Below the pieces are notes generated by a model that did not search any database, had not been told where the DNA came from, and was given only the letters and a program-made list of their open reading frames with translations. This document shows positions 17,705 through 27,301 of a stretch of DNA of 64,000 bases, piece by piece. A program made the position numbers and the translations under genes. Each line of letters begins with the position of its first letter. Position 1 is the first letter of the stretch. Source of the stretch: an uncultured Chromatiales bacterium (lineage in GTDB: Bacteria; Pseudomonadota; Gammaproteobacteria; CBFCYW01). The stretch covers positions 5,486 through 69,485 of the forward strand of contig CBFCYW010000005.1 in assembly GCA_965602395.1 (NCBI GenBank), read 5' to 3'.

Positions 17705-18448
17705 TTAGTGCATGAACAGGCCGCCGTTGATCGAGAAATCGTTGCCGGTGATGTAGCCGCCGTTCTCGTGGGCGAGGAAGGCCACGGTGCGGCCGATCTC
17801 GTCCGGCCGGCCGAGGCGGCCAACGGGGATCTCTGCCTCGATCTGCTGGCGGACGGACTCCGGGATCGCCATCACCATGTCGGTGCCGATGTAGCCCGGA
17901 GAGATGGTGTTGACGGTGACGCCCTTGCGCGCGGTCTCCTGCGCCAGTGCCATCGTGAAGCCGTGTACCCCGGCCTTGGCGGCGGAGTAGTTGGCCTGGC
18001 CGAACTGGCCCTTCTGGCCGTTCACCGAGGAGATGTTGACGATCCGTCCCCAGCCGCGCTCCATCATGCCCTCGACCACGTGCTTGGTCATGTAGAACAT
18101 GGAGTTGAGGTTGGTGGCGATGACCGCGTCCCACTTTTCCGGGGTCATTTTCTTGATCGTCGCGTCGCGGGTGATGCCGGCGTTGTTGACCAGGCAATCG
18201 ATGGGGCCGTACTCGGCCTGCACCTGTTCGATCATCCGCGCGCAGTCGTCGAAGTTGGCGACGTCGCCCTCGACGAGGCCGAATTCATGGCCGCGCTCGT
18301 ACATCTGCTGCTGCCACTCGTTGGCCTGCTCGCCGAGGCCGGTGTAGTAGTTGGCGACGACGTGATAGCCGATTTCGGCCAGCGCGATACACATGGCGGT
18401 ACCGAGGCCGCCGGTGCCTCCGGTGACTAGAGCGATTCGTTTGCTCAT
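17705..18448 (-). CDS. phaB: Acetoacetyl-CoA reductase (NADPH, SDR family)
   Basis: 247 aa. TGGTGGLG NAD(P) motif and the YSAAK catalytic motif. Adjacent to a thiolase. Confidence 0.85.
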   Translation of the reverse strand: MSKRIALVTGGTGGLGTAMCIALAEIGYHVVANYYTGLGEQANEWQQQMYERGHEFGLVEGDVANFDDCARMIEQVQAEYGPIDCLVNNAGITRDATIKKMTPEKWDAVIATNLNSMFYMTKHVVEGMMERGWGRIVNISSVNGQKGQFGQANYSAAKAGVHGFTMALAQETARKGVTVNTISPGYIGTDMVMAIPESVRQQIEAEIPVGRLGRPDEIGRTVAFLAHENGGYITGNDFSINGGLFMH

Positions 18449-18555
18449 GCTGTTACCTCTGAAAAACTGTGGTCGTGGGTGTTAGGGCGGTCGGCACATC
18501 CGGCGTCCGACCGCCTGTGGAAAGTGGTGGCGCGAAGGGCGCTCCGGGGAGCGTT

Positions 18556-19734
18556 TTAGCGCTCGACGGCGAGGGCCACGCCCTGTCCGCCACCGATGCA
18601 CAGGGTTGCCAGAGCCTTGTGTGCGTCACGGCGACCCATTTCGTGCAGCAGCGAGACCAGGATGCGCGCGCCGGAGCCGCCGATGGGATGGCCGAGGGCG
18701 ATTGCACCGCCGTTGACATTGACCTTATCGGCATCCCAGCCCATCCCCTTATTCACCGACAGGGCCTGCGCGGCAAAGGCTTCGTTGGCCTCGATCAGAT
18801 CGAGGTCGGCGACGCTCCAGCCGGCTTTGTCCAGCGCTTTGCTGGAGGAGGGCACCGGGCCTATGCCCATGATCGCCGGATCGACTCCGGCACTGGCGTA
18901 GGCGGCGATTCTGGCCATCGGTTCCAGGCCCAGCTCGGCGGCCTTGGCGGCGGACATCACCAGCACCGCGGAGGCGCCATCGTTGAGCCCGGAGGCATTG
19001 GCCGCGGTCACCGAGCCCTCTTTGGCGAAGGCCGGACGCATTTTCTGCATATCCTCCAGCTTGGCGCCCTTGCGCAGGTGCTCGTCCTTGTCGAACACCA
19101 GCGGCTCACCGCGGCGCTGGGGAATCTCCACCGGCACGATTTCGGCGTCGAAGCGGCCCTCTGCCTGAGCGGCCTCGGCGAGATGCTGCGAGCGCAGTGC
19201 GAAGGCATCCTGCTGCTCGCGGCTGATCTCGTATTTGTTGGCGAGATTCTCGGCGGTCTGCCCCATGTGGTAATTGTTGAACGCACACCACAGGCCGTCC
19301 TGAATCATCGTGTCGACCAGCTGCCAGTTGCCCATGCGCTGGCCGTCGCGGGAGTTGGGCAGCACGTGCGGCGCGCGGCTCATGTTCTCCTGGCCGCCGG
19401 CGATCACGATTTCCGCATCGCCGCATTTGATCGCCTGGGCGGCCAGGTGCACGGCCTTCAGGCCACTGCCGCAGACCTTGTTGATAGTCAGCGCCGGAAC
19501 GGTGTCCGGCAGGCCGCCCTTGAGCGCCGCCTGGCGTGCCGGGTTCTGGCCGTCACCGGCGGTCAGCACCTGGCCGAGGATGACTTCGTCGACCTGCTCG
19601 GGCCGGATACCGCTGCGCTCCAGCAGCGCGCGGATCACTACGGCGCCCAGCTCGGGTGCGGGAATGGCGGCCAGTGAGCCACCAAATCGGCCTGTTGCGG
19701 TGCGGGCTGCGCGGACGATGACTACCTCGTTCAT
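18556..19734 (-). CDS. phaA: Acetyl-CoA acetyltransferase (beta-ketothiolase)
   Basis: ATG at 19734 gives a 392-aa thiolase. Active-site region [11 protein letters not shown]; C-terminal [11 protein letters not shown]. Confidence 0.85.
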   Translation of the reverse strand: MNEVVIVRAARTATGRFGGSLAAIPAPELGAVVIRALLERSGIRPEQVDEVILGQVLTAGDGQNPARQAALKGGLPDTVPALTINKVCGSGLKAVHLAAQAIKCGDAEIVIAGGQENMSRAPHVLPNSRDGQRMGNWQLVDTMIQDGLWCAFNNYHMGQTAENLANKYEISREQQDAFALRSQHLAEAAQAEGRFDAEIVPVEIPQRRGEPLVFDKDEHLRKGAKLEDMQKMRPAFAKEGSVTAANASGLNDGASAVLVMSAAKAAELGLEPMARIAAYASAGVDPAIMGIGPVPSSSKALDKAGWSVADLDLIEANEAFAAQALSVNKGMGWDADKVNVNGGAIALGHPIGGSGARILVSLLHEMGRRDAHKALATLCIGGGQGVALAVER

Positions 19735-19775
19735 GGCTTCTGTTCCTGGTATTGACGTGTGATTGATGCGCGCGA

Positions 19776-19800
19776 TGCACATTTCAATGGTGATTGTGCA
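19776..19800. promoter_or_regulatory. Inverted repeat TGCACA-N13-TGTGCA in the phaA upstream region
   Basis: Read from the sequence. Lies 40-65 nt upstream of the phaA start, with an AT-rich stretch next to it. Candidate regulator binding site. Confidence 0.3.
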
Positions 19801-20018
19801 GTGCAATATATCATGACTCCATGCGATCACAAGTTCGCCGCTGTCGGGACCGGCTGGCCGCTGCCGGCAGTGCCGCACTGGCCGTGATCTGTGGCGCAAA
19901 ACCGCGCCGTGTAAAGGTCAAGCTATGTAAATTTCTACCGTGTCAGGTGGCAATCCGGTAGCTTGCGTGCGGGCAGACCCGTGATTAGGCTCTATTGTCA
20001 TGAGGTGATCGCTACCCG

Positions 20019-21416
20019 GTGGCCGGGCGCAGGATGGCGCTCCGGTCGCGCTGCAAAGGGAATCCGGTGCAAGTGCAAGTAATATCTAAAAATCATTTTT
20101 CGCTGCCATCGCGGCGCAGCATCACCATGCTGGTCGTGCTGCTTTTTGTGTTTGGCGCGCTGATGCTGACCGCCTCCGGGCTGTTCCGCATGAACATGAG
20201 CATCACCACCAGCGCCGGTGCCGCGGTGGCCGAGGCGCGCGATGCGCTGATCTCCTTCGGGGTGCGCACCGACGGCTACGCCAACCCCTTCGGCGAGCAG
20301 GCTGGCAGCACCTTCTGGGCGGCGCAGGTGTTGTGTCTGGTGTTGGCGCTGGGCCTGCCGTTTCTGCGCCCGATCCTCGCCTCGCTGGTCACCGGGCTGG
20401 CGGTGGCCGGAGTGATTCTGGTCTCGCTCTACGGCGATGTGAGCAGCAGTGGATTTCTGCTGCAGTTCGGCCTGCTTTCGGTATTTTTGTTGTTCGTTAC
20501 CTACGTGCTGCTGTCCTTCTACGGCGAGCTGGTCGACCGGCGTCGCCTGACCCAGGTTTTCAGCCAGTACATCCCACCGGAGCTGGTGGCCGCCTACAGC
20601 CGCAGCAACAAGCCCATCGATCTCGACGGTGAGGCGCGCGACATCACGGTGATGTTCTGCGATATCGAGGGATTCACCACCATCTCCGAGCGGCTCGACC
20701 CGCGCGCCCTGGCGCAGTGGCTGAACCAGTACTTCAGCGTGGTCAGCCAGATCATCGTGCGCCACAACGGCACCATCGACAAATACATGGGCGACAGCGT
20801 GATGGCCTTCTGGGGCGCGCCGGTGCACAACGACAATCACGCCCGCGATGCGCTGACTGCGGCGCTGGAGATCGTCGAAGAGCTGGACGCCCTGTGTCGC
20901 AAGCTCAAGCGCGACGGCCTGCCCGAGTTCAAGGTCGGCATCGGCATCTCCTCCGGGGTGTGCAACGTCGGCAACATGGGCTCGGAGTTCCGCATGGCAT
21001 ACACCGTGGTCGGCGACACGGTCAACGTCGCCGAGCGCCTCGAACGACAGACGCGGACCTACAAGGTGCCGGTGATCGTCAGCGAGAGCACTACGCACCA
21101 GCTGCCGGAGATGGTTTTCCGCGAGCTGGATGTGGTGCGCGTCAAGGGCCGCCACAACCAGGTGAAGATTTTCCAGCCGATCTGCCCCCGCCGCGAGGTG
21201 GACGACGAGACCCGCCGCGTACTGGCGGTGCACTCGCAGGCGCTGTCCCACTACCGCGCCGGCGAATACGCCGCGGCCCACAGCCAGTTCGAGCAACTGC
21301 TTGAAATCGGCGGCGATGATCCGGTCTACAGCATGTACCTGAAGCGCACCGCCGAATATCTGGAGGGCGGGCTGGTACAAAAGGCCGGTGAGCTGGCTGG
21401 TCGCGCCTACCACTGA
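20019..21416 (+). CDS. Membrane-anchored class III adenylate/guanylate cyclase
   Basis: N-terminal region with 4-6 TM helices, then a cyclase domain (FCDIEGFT, GDSVMAFWGAP, TVVGDTVNVAERLE). Start uncertain (20019 or 20127). Confidence 0.75.
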   Translation: MAGRRMALRSRCKGNPVQVQVISKNHFSLPSRRSITMLVVLLFVFGALMLTASGLFRMNMSITTSAGAAVAEARDALISFGVRTDGYANPFGEQAGSTFWAAQVLCLVLALGLPFLRPILASLVTGLAVAGVILVSLYGDVSSSGFLLQFGLLSVFLLFVTYVLLSFYGELVDRRRLTQVFSQYIPPELVAAYSRSNKPIDLDGEARDITVMFCDIEGFTTISERLDPRALAQWLNQYFSVVSQIIVRHNGTIDKYMGDSVMAFWGAPVHNDNHARDALTAALEIVEELDALCRKLKRDGLPEFKVGIGISSGVCNVGNMGSEFRMAYTVVGDTVNVAERLERQTRTYKVPVIVSESTTHQLPEMVFRELDVVRVKGRHNQVKIFQPICPRREVDDETRRVLAVHSQALSHYRAGEYAAAHSQFEQLLEIGGDDPVYSMYLKRTAEYLEGGLVQKAGELAGRAYH

Positions 21417-21649
21417 GTCACCCATCGCGCCGCTCGCCCCGGAGCCTCGACTGCTCCGGGCACGCGGCTGATGCCTATCTCCGACTGACCGCGGCCGGGC
21501 TGTTCGCGCTCGCTCCGTGAGCGGGCTGGATCGCTGGCGGCGCCGCGGCTGGCTCTGTGCGCGCTGCCTGCGGCGTGACATTCTCCTGCAGAGATACGGG
21601 TGGCAGCCCCGCCACTCGGTGCCAATCAATCACCATGGAGACTTCGCGC

Positions 21650-22549
21650 ATGCCGCAGGAGCAGTACCGCGGCTACCTGCTGGCCGTCGGTGCCTATGTC
21701 ATCTGGGGTTTGTTCCCGCTCTACTGGAAACTGCTCGCCCAGGTAGACACCCTGGAGGTGCTGGCCCATCGCACCGGCTGGAGCGTGGTTTTCGTCGGTT
21801 TGCTGCTCGCCCTGCGCGCCGGCTGGGGACCGGTGCTCGACACCCTGCGCCGGCCGCGCGAGGTGTTGCTGCTGGCCTGCAGCGCGCTGGGCATCGCGCT
21901 CAACTGGGGGGCTTACATCTGGGCGGTGGCCAACGCGAAAGTCGTCGAGGCCAGTATGGGCTACTACCTGTCGCCGCTGCTCTCGGTGCTGGTCGGTGCG
22001 CTGGTCTTTGGCGAGCGCCTGCGCCGCTGGCAGCTGCTGGCGGTGGCACTGGCCGCCGCCGGGGTCGCCAATCAGCTGCTCAACCTGGGCGTGGTGCCCT
22101 GGGTGGGACTCGGTGTCGGCATTTCCTTTGCGCTGTACGGCGCGATCCGCAAGGGCTGTCGCTGCGACAGCATCACCGGCCTGTTCGTCGAGACGCTGCT
22201 GCTGGCGCCGGTGGCTTTCGCCTGGATGGCCTGGCTGGAGGCACAGGGCAGCGCCCATTTTCTCAACGTCGGCTGGGGCGATGACCTGCTGCTGCTCGCC
22301 TGCGGCGCGGTCACCGCGACGCCGTTGCTGCTCTACGTGGGCGGTGCGCGGCGCCTGCCGCTGGCCACTATGGGCCTGCTGTTTTACATGACGCCGACCC
22401 TGCAGTTCCTGATTGGCACGCTGCTCTATGCCGAGCCGGTCAGCTCCACGCTGCTGATCACCTTCGCGCTGATCTGGGCGGCACTGGCCCTGTATACGCT
22501 GGAGGGGCGCTGGCACGCGCGCCGCCTCGGCCTGTCCGGTGGGGGATAG
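21650..22549 (+). CDS. rarD: RarD (EamA/DMT family permease)
   Basis: 299 aa. MPQEQYRGYLLAVGAYVIWGLFPLYWKLL N-terminus; 10 TM helices. Confidence 0.75.
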   Translation: MPQEQYRGYLLAVGAYVIWGLFPLYWKLLAQVDTLEVLAHRTGWSVVFVGLLLALRAGWGPVLDTLRRPREVLLLACSALGIALNWGAYIWAVANAKVVEASMGYYLSPLLSVLVGALVFGERLRRWQLLAVALAAAGVANQLLNLGVVPWVGLGVGISFALYGAIRKGCRCDSITGLFVETLLLAPVAFAWMAWLEAQGSAHFLNVGWGDDLLLLACGAVTATPLLLYVGGARRLPLATMGLLFYMTPTLQFLIGTLLYAEPVSSTLLITFALIWAALALYTLEGRWHARRLGLSGGG

Positions 22550-22622
22550 CTCCGGCGAGGGCTGACTGCGCGCTGCCCGCGCGTTCTATACTGGCCGCCG
22601 CCCGAGCAGCCGAGAATGCCCT

Positions 22623-23534
22623 ATGAGCCAGTCGTCCAGCCGATCGCCGCAACGGCCCATCCTCAGCGATGCCGGCCTGCAAGCCACCCGCGAGGTGCAG
22701 GCCCGCGATGAGCAGGGCCTGCCGCGGTGGCAGTCGATTGCCGCCGAACGGCCGCTGACCCTGTATCTCGACAAGCGCGAGATCGTCACCCTGATGACCC
22801 TCGGCACCCGCCCCGAGCAACTCGTCCTCGGCTATCTGCGCAATCAGCGGCTGGTGGCGCGCGTCGAGGACATCGCCCGGGTGACGGTGGACTGGGAAGT
22901 GGATGCAGTGGCGGTCAGCACCCATGCTGGCAACGCCGGCGATGACCCGCGCCTCGACCGGCGCACGGTGACCACCGGCTGCGGTCAGGGCACCGTGTTC
23001 GGTGATCTGATGGACGATATCGAGCAGATTCAGTTGCCGGCGGCGGCGCTGCGCCAATCCGGTATCTACGCGTTGCTGGCGCGGTTGCGCGAGGAGAATG
23101 AGGTCTACCGCAGTGCCGGCGCGGTGCACGGCTGCGCGCTGTGCCGGGTGGCCGGTGACGGCGGCGCAGAGGTGCTCTATTTCTGTGAGGATGTCGGCCG
23201 CCACAACGCGGTGGACGCCATCGCCGGGCAGATGTGGCTGGATGGCGTCGATGGTGGCGACAAGGTTTTCTACACCACCGGCCGGCTGACCTCGGAGATG
23301 GTGATCAAGGTGGCGCAGATGGGTGTGCCGGTGCTGCTGTCGCGCTCCGGCATCACCGAGATGGGGCTGGCGCTGGGCGAGCGGCTCGGGGTCATGCTCA
23401 TCGCCCGCGCCAAGGGGCGCCACTTTCTCGTCTACAGCGGTGCCGAGCGCTTGGAGTTCGACGCGCCACCGGCGGCCGTGGGCAGCGGCAGGCCGCCCCA
23501 GCCGCGGCGCAGCCGGACGCCGGGCCAGCGCTAG
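22623..23534 (+). CDS. fdhD: Formate dehydrogenase accessory sulfurtransferase FdhD
   Basis: FdhD family blocks GCGQGTVFGD and YFCEDVGRHNAVDAIAG (conserved Cys). Confidence 0.8.
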   Translation: MSQSSSRSPQRPILSDAGLQATREVQARDEQGLPRWQSIAAERPLTLYLDKREIVTLMTLGTRPEQLVLGYLRNQRLVARVEDIARVTVDWEVDAVAVSTHAGNAGDDPRLDRRTVTTGCGQGTVFGDLMDDIEQIQLPAAALRQSGIYALLARLREENEVYRSAGAVHGCALCRVAGDGGAEVLYFCEDVGRHNAVDAIAGQMWLDGVDGGDKVFYTTGRLTSEMVIKVAQMGVPVLLSRSGITEMGLALGERLGVMLIARAKGRHFLVYSGAERLEFDAPPAAVGSGRPPQPRRSRTPGQR

Positions 23535-24283
23535 CGGCGCGGCGCAATGTCATCGATGACCCGTTCGATGCGGCCTTCGTAGGCGCGCCAGCGCTGGCCG
23601 TCGAAGTATTGCAGCGGCCGGTAGTCGGTCTTGTAACGCATCTTTTCGCAGTGCTCGATCCAGTAGCCCAGATAGAGCTGCTCGATGGCGCTGTGCTGTG
23701 CCTGCTGCAATTGCCAGAGCACCGCCAGCTTACCCAGCGCCCGCTGTGTCGGAGCCTGAGGTTCAAAGAAGGTGTACACCGCGGAGAGGGCGCCGGGCAG
23801 GGCGTCGCTGACCGCCACCGCGAGTAGCTTGCCATCGAGGCGAAACTCGAAGAAGCGTGTGTCGCACCAGTCGCAGAGCAGAAAGCGGCTGAAACTCTCC
23901 GGTGTCGGATCATCCATGCCGCCGCCCGGGTGGCGACTGGCCAGATAGCGCCTGTAGAGATCGAAATACTCGTCGCTGTAACGCCCCTGCAACTGCTGCA
24001 CGCAGACATCCGCATTGCGGTGCAGGCAGCGGCGCTGGCTGCGGCTGGCGGTAAAGCTCGACACCGGCACGCGCACCGGCACGCAATCGTTGCAGTCTGC
24101 GCAGTAGGGACGGTAGACGTGATTGCCGCTGCGCCGAAAACCGCGCTCGATGAGCTGGCCGTAGATCGATGGATTCATCGGAAAATGCGGGTCTGCCAAT
24201 AAGTTACGTGCGCGTTTGCCATCGAGATAGCCGCATGTCTCATCCTGAGTCTGGTAGAAAAAGAGTGTCCGAGTTTCGCGCAT
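23531..24283 (-). CDS. bpt: Arginyl-tRNA--protein transferase (aspartate/glutamate leucyltransferase Bpt)
   Basis: 250 aa from ATG 24283. MRETRTLFFYQTQDETCGYL and the ATE C-domain. Converges on fdhD with a 4-nt overlap. Confidence 0.75.
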   Translation of the reverse strand: MRETRTLFFYQTQDETCGYLDGKRARNLLADPHFPMNPSIYGQLIERGFRRSGNHVYRPYCADCNDCVPVRVPVSSFTASRSQRRCLHRNADVCVQQLQGRYSDEYFDLYRRYLASRHPGGGMDDPTPESFSRFLLCDWCDTRFFEFRLDGKLLAVAVSDALPGALSAVYTFFEPQAPTQRALGKLAVLWQLQQAQHSAIEQLYLGYWIEHCEKMRYKTDYRPLQYFDGQRWRAYEGRIERVIDDIAPRR

Positions 24284-24525
24284 CGTTGATATTTCGCCGA
24301 CAGGTTTTCGATATCCCGGCAGTGGATTGACTGCTTCTCGACGGCACTGTCCGTGGCTCGACGGTCGCCCGTCATGTTGCGGAGCAAAAAGTGCCGAAGC
24401 GGTCACATTTCCTTTTGGTTAGTGTGGCCGGCTTCACGCGCTGGCCTCGCTTTCGGGTGTTGGCACGGCTCCTGCATTGATCCGATCAACCAAGTATCCA
24501 CACGCCTTTCAGGGAGCATCACAAC

Positions 24526-24945
24526 ATGGTTGATCAGATCAAAAAACGCGCCAGCCTTCCCAACCCGGTCACCGGCCTTTTCGAAATCCTGCTGTTCTGC
24601 AGCGCTTTCGTCGCCGGCGGCTTTCTGCTCCAGGGCGGTGAGATCGTCTCCCTGCTGCTGCCGATGGGTGTGTTCGCCGCGGTGATGATGCTGAGCATGG
24701 TGCTGTGCGGCGTCTACCGGCCGGAAGTGAAGCGCTCCGCGCTGCGTCTGTTCCGCCACAACCTGATGGGCTTCGGCGTCGCCATCGGCGGCCTGGTGCT
24801 GCTGCAGATGGCCGTGCCGCAGCTGGGCATGGGTCTGGATTTCTTCCTCTTCGCAGTGCTGATGTCCTTCTTCGCCGTCGGCACCATTCGCCCGGTGATC
24901 AGCAACGCCAACGGCTCTTCGGCACGCGATCGCCAGATGGCCTGA
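24526..24945 (+). CDS. Small integral membrane protein (3-4 TM), unknown function
   Basis: 139 aa. RBS AGGGAG 8 nt upstream; a strong intrinsic terminator follows downstream. Confidence 0.5.
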   Translation: MVDQIKKRASLPNPVTGLFEILLFCSAFVAGGFLLQGGEIVSLLLPMGVFAAVMMLSMVLCGVYRPEVKRSALRLFRHNLMGFGVAIGGLVLLQMAVPQLGMGLDFFLFAVLMSFFAVGTIRPVISNANGSSARDRQMA

Positions 24946-24996
24946 AAACGAGCGCAGACCTGGGGCGCCGCTCGGGCGGCGACCCCGGCTTCTCAA

Positions 24997-25021
24997 GGGT
25001 GGCGATAGCCACCCTTTTTTT
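24997..25021 (+). terminator. Rho-independent terminator GGGTGGC-gata-GCCACCC + TTTTTTT
   Basis: Perfect 7-bp GC-rich stem, 4-nt loop and a 7-T run, all read from the sequence. Confidence 0.8.
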
Positions 25022-25193
25022 GTGTCCGCTTGGCGGCGGCAACACTAAGGGTGTTCTGCAAAACCACGGACGACTGTGCTTGTCCGGCCGGCGCTGAAAA
25101 CAGGCTAAAACACTCGTTTACCCTGCGTAAGCTGCGCTTTTTCGAGCGTTTTCGCCAGGCCTGGCTGCATTCGCTGCGTTTTTCAGCGCTTCC

Positions 25194-26621
25194 TTAAGCC
25201 AGGCTGGATTGCAGCTCATCGGCGTAGTCTGCCAGCTCTGCGGCCAGTGCTGCCGGCAGCTCGGTCGAGGCGAGCGCACTGCGAAATTCATCCAGGCTGC
25301 GCGCGCCATCGGCGCCTTCCAGCAGCCGCGCGCGGCGGTATTCGGCCCAGCGCGCGGCCTCCTCGGCGCGCAGCGTCTGCGGGTAATTGCGGCCGCGATA
25401 GCGGAACAGCATCTCGCCGATGCGCGGATCGTCGAAGACCAGCGGCGCGTCGCCCAGAGCCTCCGCGGGCAGGCTGCGCAATTCGGCCATCCGCTGGCGG
25501 TCGGCGTCGCTGAAAAAACCACCGGCGTAGAGCATGCGGTCGGGGTCGCGGATCGGCGGCAGATCGCGTGCGCCGAGTGCTGCGCGCACCCGTGCCGTCG
25601 GGTCGTCGGCGGCGAGGATCGCATCGCGGTGGGCGAGCGCGGCGTCGACGTCGATACCGATGCGCTCACGGCTGGCGGCGTCGAGCACTTTCAGCGGCGC
25701 CAGCACCGGGCATTTGTTGATGTGCACCGTCTTCAGCGGCACCCGCGCGACGCCCTCCGGCAGTGCCTCGGCGCTGGTGAAAACGCGCTCGCGCAACTGC
25801 TGCGCGGACAGCGACAGCAGCGCCGCCGGGTCTTCGCGCAGATCGTAGACGATCACTCCGTTGGGGTTGTCCGGGTGCTTGCACAGCGGCATCACCAGCG
25901 TGGCGTTGGCGTGCCGCGAGTGGATCCGTCCGGAGACGTGCAGCAGCGCCTCGCGGCGGCGCAGATCGAGCAGTTCGGCGGCGCTGCGCTTGTCGCGGTG
26001 GTCGCGGGCGAAGGCGAACAAGCGCGGCTGGCGCTCGCGCAGCAGGCGGGCGATGGCGATGGTGGCGTGCACGTCGGCCAGTGCGTCGTGCGCCTGGCCG
26101 TGCTCGATACCATTGGCCGCGGTGAGCAGTTCGAGGCGGTTGCTCGGCCGGCCCTCGGCGTCTTGCGGCCACTGGATGCCATCCGGGCGCAGCGCCCGCG
26201 CCAGGCGCACCACATCGATCAGATCCCAGCGCGAGTTGCCGTCGCGCCACTCGCGGGCGTAGGGGTCGAAGAAGTTGCGATACAGCAGGTTGCGGGTGAA
26301 TTCGTCGTCGAAGCGCAGGCTGTTGAAGCCCAGCGCGCAGGTGCCGGGCACGCTCAGCTCATTGTGGATGCGGCGCGCGAATTCGGCCTCGGGCACGCCC
26401 TCGGCCAGCGCCTTTTGCGGGCTGATGCCGGTGATCGCGCAGGCGCCCGGGTCCGGCAGATAGTCGTCGGCCGGCCGGCAGTAGAGCAGCAGTGGCTCGC
26501 CGATGGGGTTGAAGTCGGCGTCGGTGCGCAGCCCGGCGAACTGCGCCGGGCGGTCGCGCTGCGGGTCGATGCCGAAGGTTTCGTAGTCGTGCCAGTAGTA
26601 GCTTGTCGGTGCTTGCGGCAC
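25194..26621 (-). CDS. sbcB: Exodeoxyribonuclease I
   Basis: 475 aa. YWHDYETFG ExoI N-terminal DEDD motif; SbcB C-terminal domains. Confidence 0.85.
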   Translation of the reverse strand: MPQAPTSYYWHDYETFGIDPQRDRPAQFAGLRTDADFNPIGEPLLLYCRPADDYLPDPGACAITGISPQKALAEGVPEAEFARRIHNELSVPGTCALGFNSLRFDDEFTRNLLYRNFFDPYAREWRDGNSRWDLIDVVRLARALRPDGIQWPQDAEGRPSNRLELLTAANGIEHGQAHDALADVHATIAIARLLRERQPRLFAFARDHRDKRSAAELLDLRRREALLHVSGRIHSRHANATLVMPLCKHPDNPNGVIVYDLREDPAALLSLSAQQLRERVFTSAEALPEGVARVPLKTVHINKCPVLAPLKVLDAASRERIGIDVDAALAHRDAILAADDPTARVRAALGARDLPPIRDPDRMLYAGGFFSDADRQRMAELRSLPAEALGDAPLVFDDPRIGEMLFRYRGRNYPQTLRAEEAARWAEYRRARLLEGADGARSLDEFRSALASTELPAALAAELADYADELQSSLA

Positions 26622-26625
26622 GGGC

Positions 26626-27177
26626 TCACCAGATCAGGTCGTCGGGGACTTCGTAGCCCGCGTAGGGGTCGTCCGGGTCGTCCGCGCGCGGCTCCTCCGG
26701 GCGCACCAGCCAGACCACCCAATCGGGGTTCAGTTCGAGGATTTTCTGCGCCGCGCCGGCCGGCACGAGGAAGGTCTTGCCGTCGAGGCGGGTGATGCCC
26801 AGATCGCCGGCGGCCAGTTTCTCGTGCACCTCCTGCTTGACGAACACCTGCTTGATGCGCTTGCCGGCCTGATAGTTGTAAGCCACTTCGCCGCGGTAGT
26901 CGGCGATGGCGTGGTCGTCGATCAGGCGCTTGATCTGCTGCTTGACCGCCGCGCGCCGCGCCTCGGCCTGTCGCTTGGCCTCGCGCTCGGCGTTGAGGCG
27001 TTTGTCGCGGGCCTTTTTCTGCGCCGCTTCGCGCTCGATCGCCGCCGCGTTGGGGTTGTCCGCACGGCGTTTGCCCTTGGCTTTCTTGCGCGATTTGGCC
27101 GCTGCCAGATCCGCCTTTTCCTTGGTAACCAGGCCGCTTTTGACCAGTTGATCGCGCAGGGAACCCATTCGCTCCAT
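26626..27177 (-). CDS. DUF2058 family protein (YaiL-like, lysine/arginine-rich central coiled coil)
   Basis: 183 aa. MERMGSLRDQLVKSGLV N-terminus. KR-rich helical middle; conserved C-terminal block GKTFLVPAGAAQKILELNPDWVVWL. Confidence 0.65.
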   Translation of the reverse strand: MERMGSLRDQLVKSGLVTKEKADLAAAKSRKKAKGKRRADNPNAAAIEREAAQKKARDKRLNAEREAKRQAEARRAAVKQQIKRLIDDHAIADYRGEVAYNYQAGKRIKQVFVKQEVHEKLAAGDLGITRLDGKTFLVPAGAAQKILELNPDWVVWLVRPEEPRADDPDDPYAGYEVPDDLIW

Positions 27178-27301
27178 CCTCGGCTGTATTGTCGTCGGCG
27201 GCATTATAAAGGCAGTGGCGGCGGTTGTCGGCGGGTGGCTGCGGCCTGTGCCAGGCTTTTCCCGGTGCGCGGGGCTTCGCGCTGCGGATTGCCGCGGCCA
27301 C

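Noticed and set aside
20019-21416. Pycsar-like cyclase/effector defence pair
   Set aside because: The cyclase has no adjacent cNMP-binding effector. The neighbours are phaA and rarD. The cNMP-binding kinase is 15 kb away.
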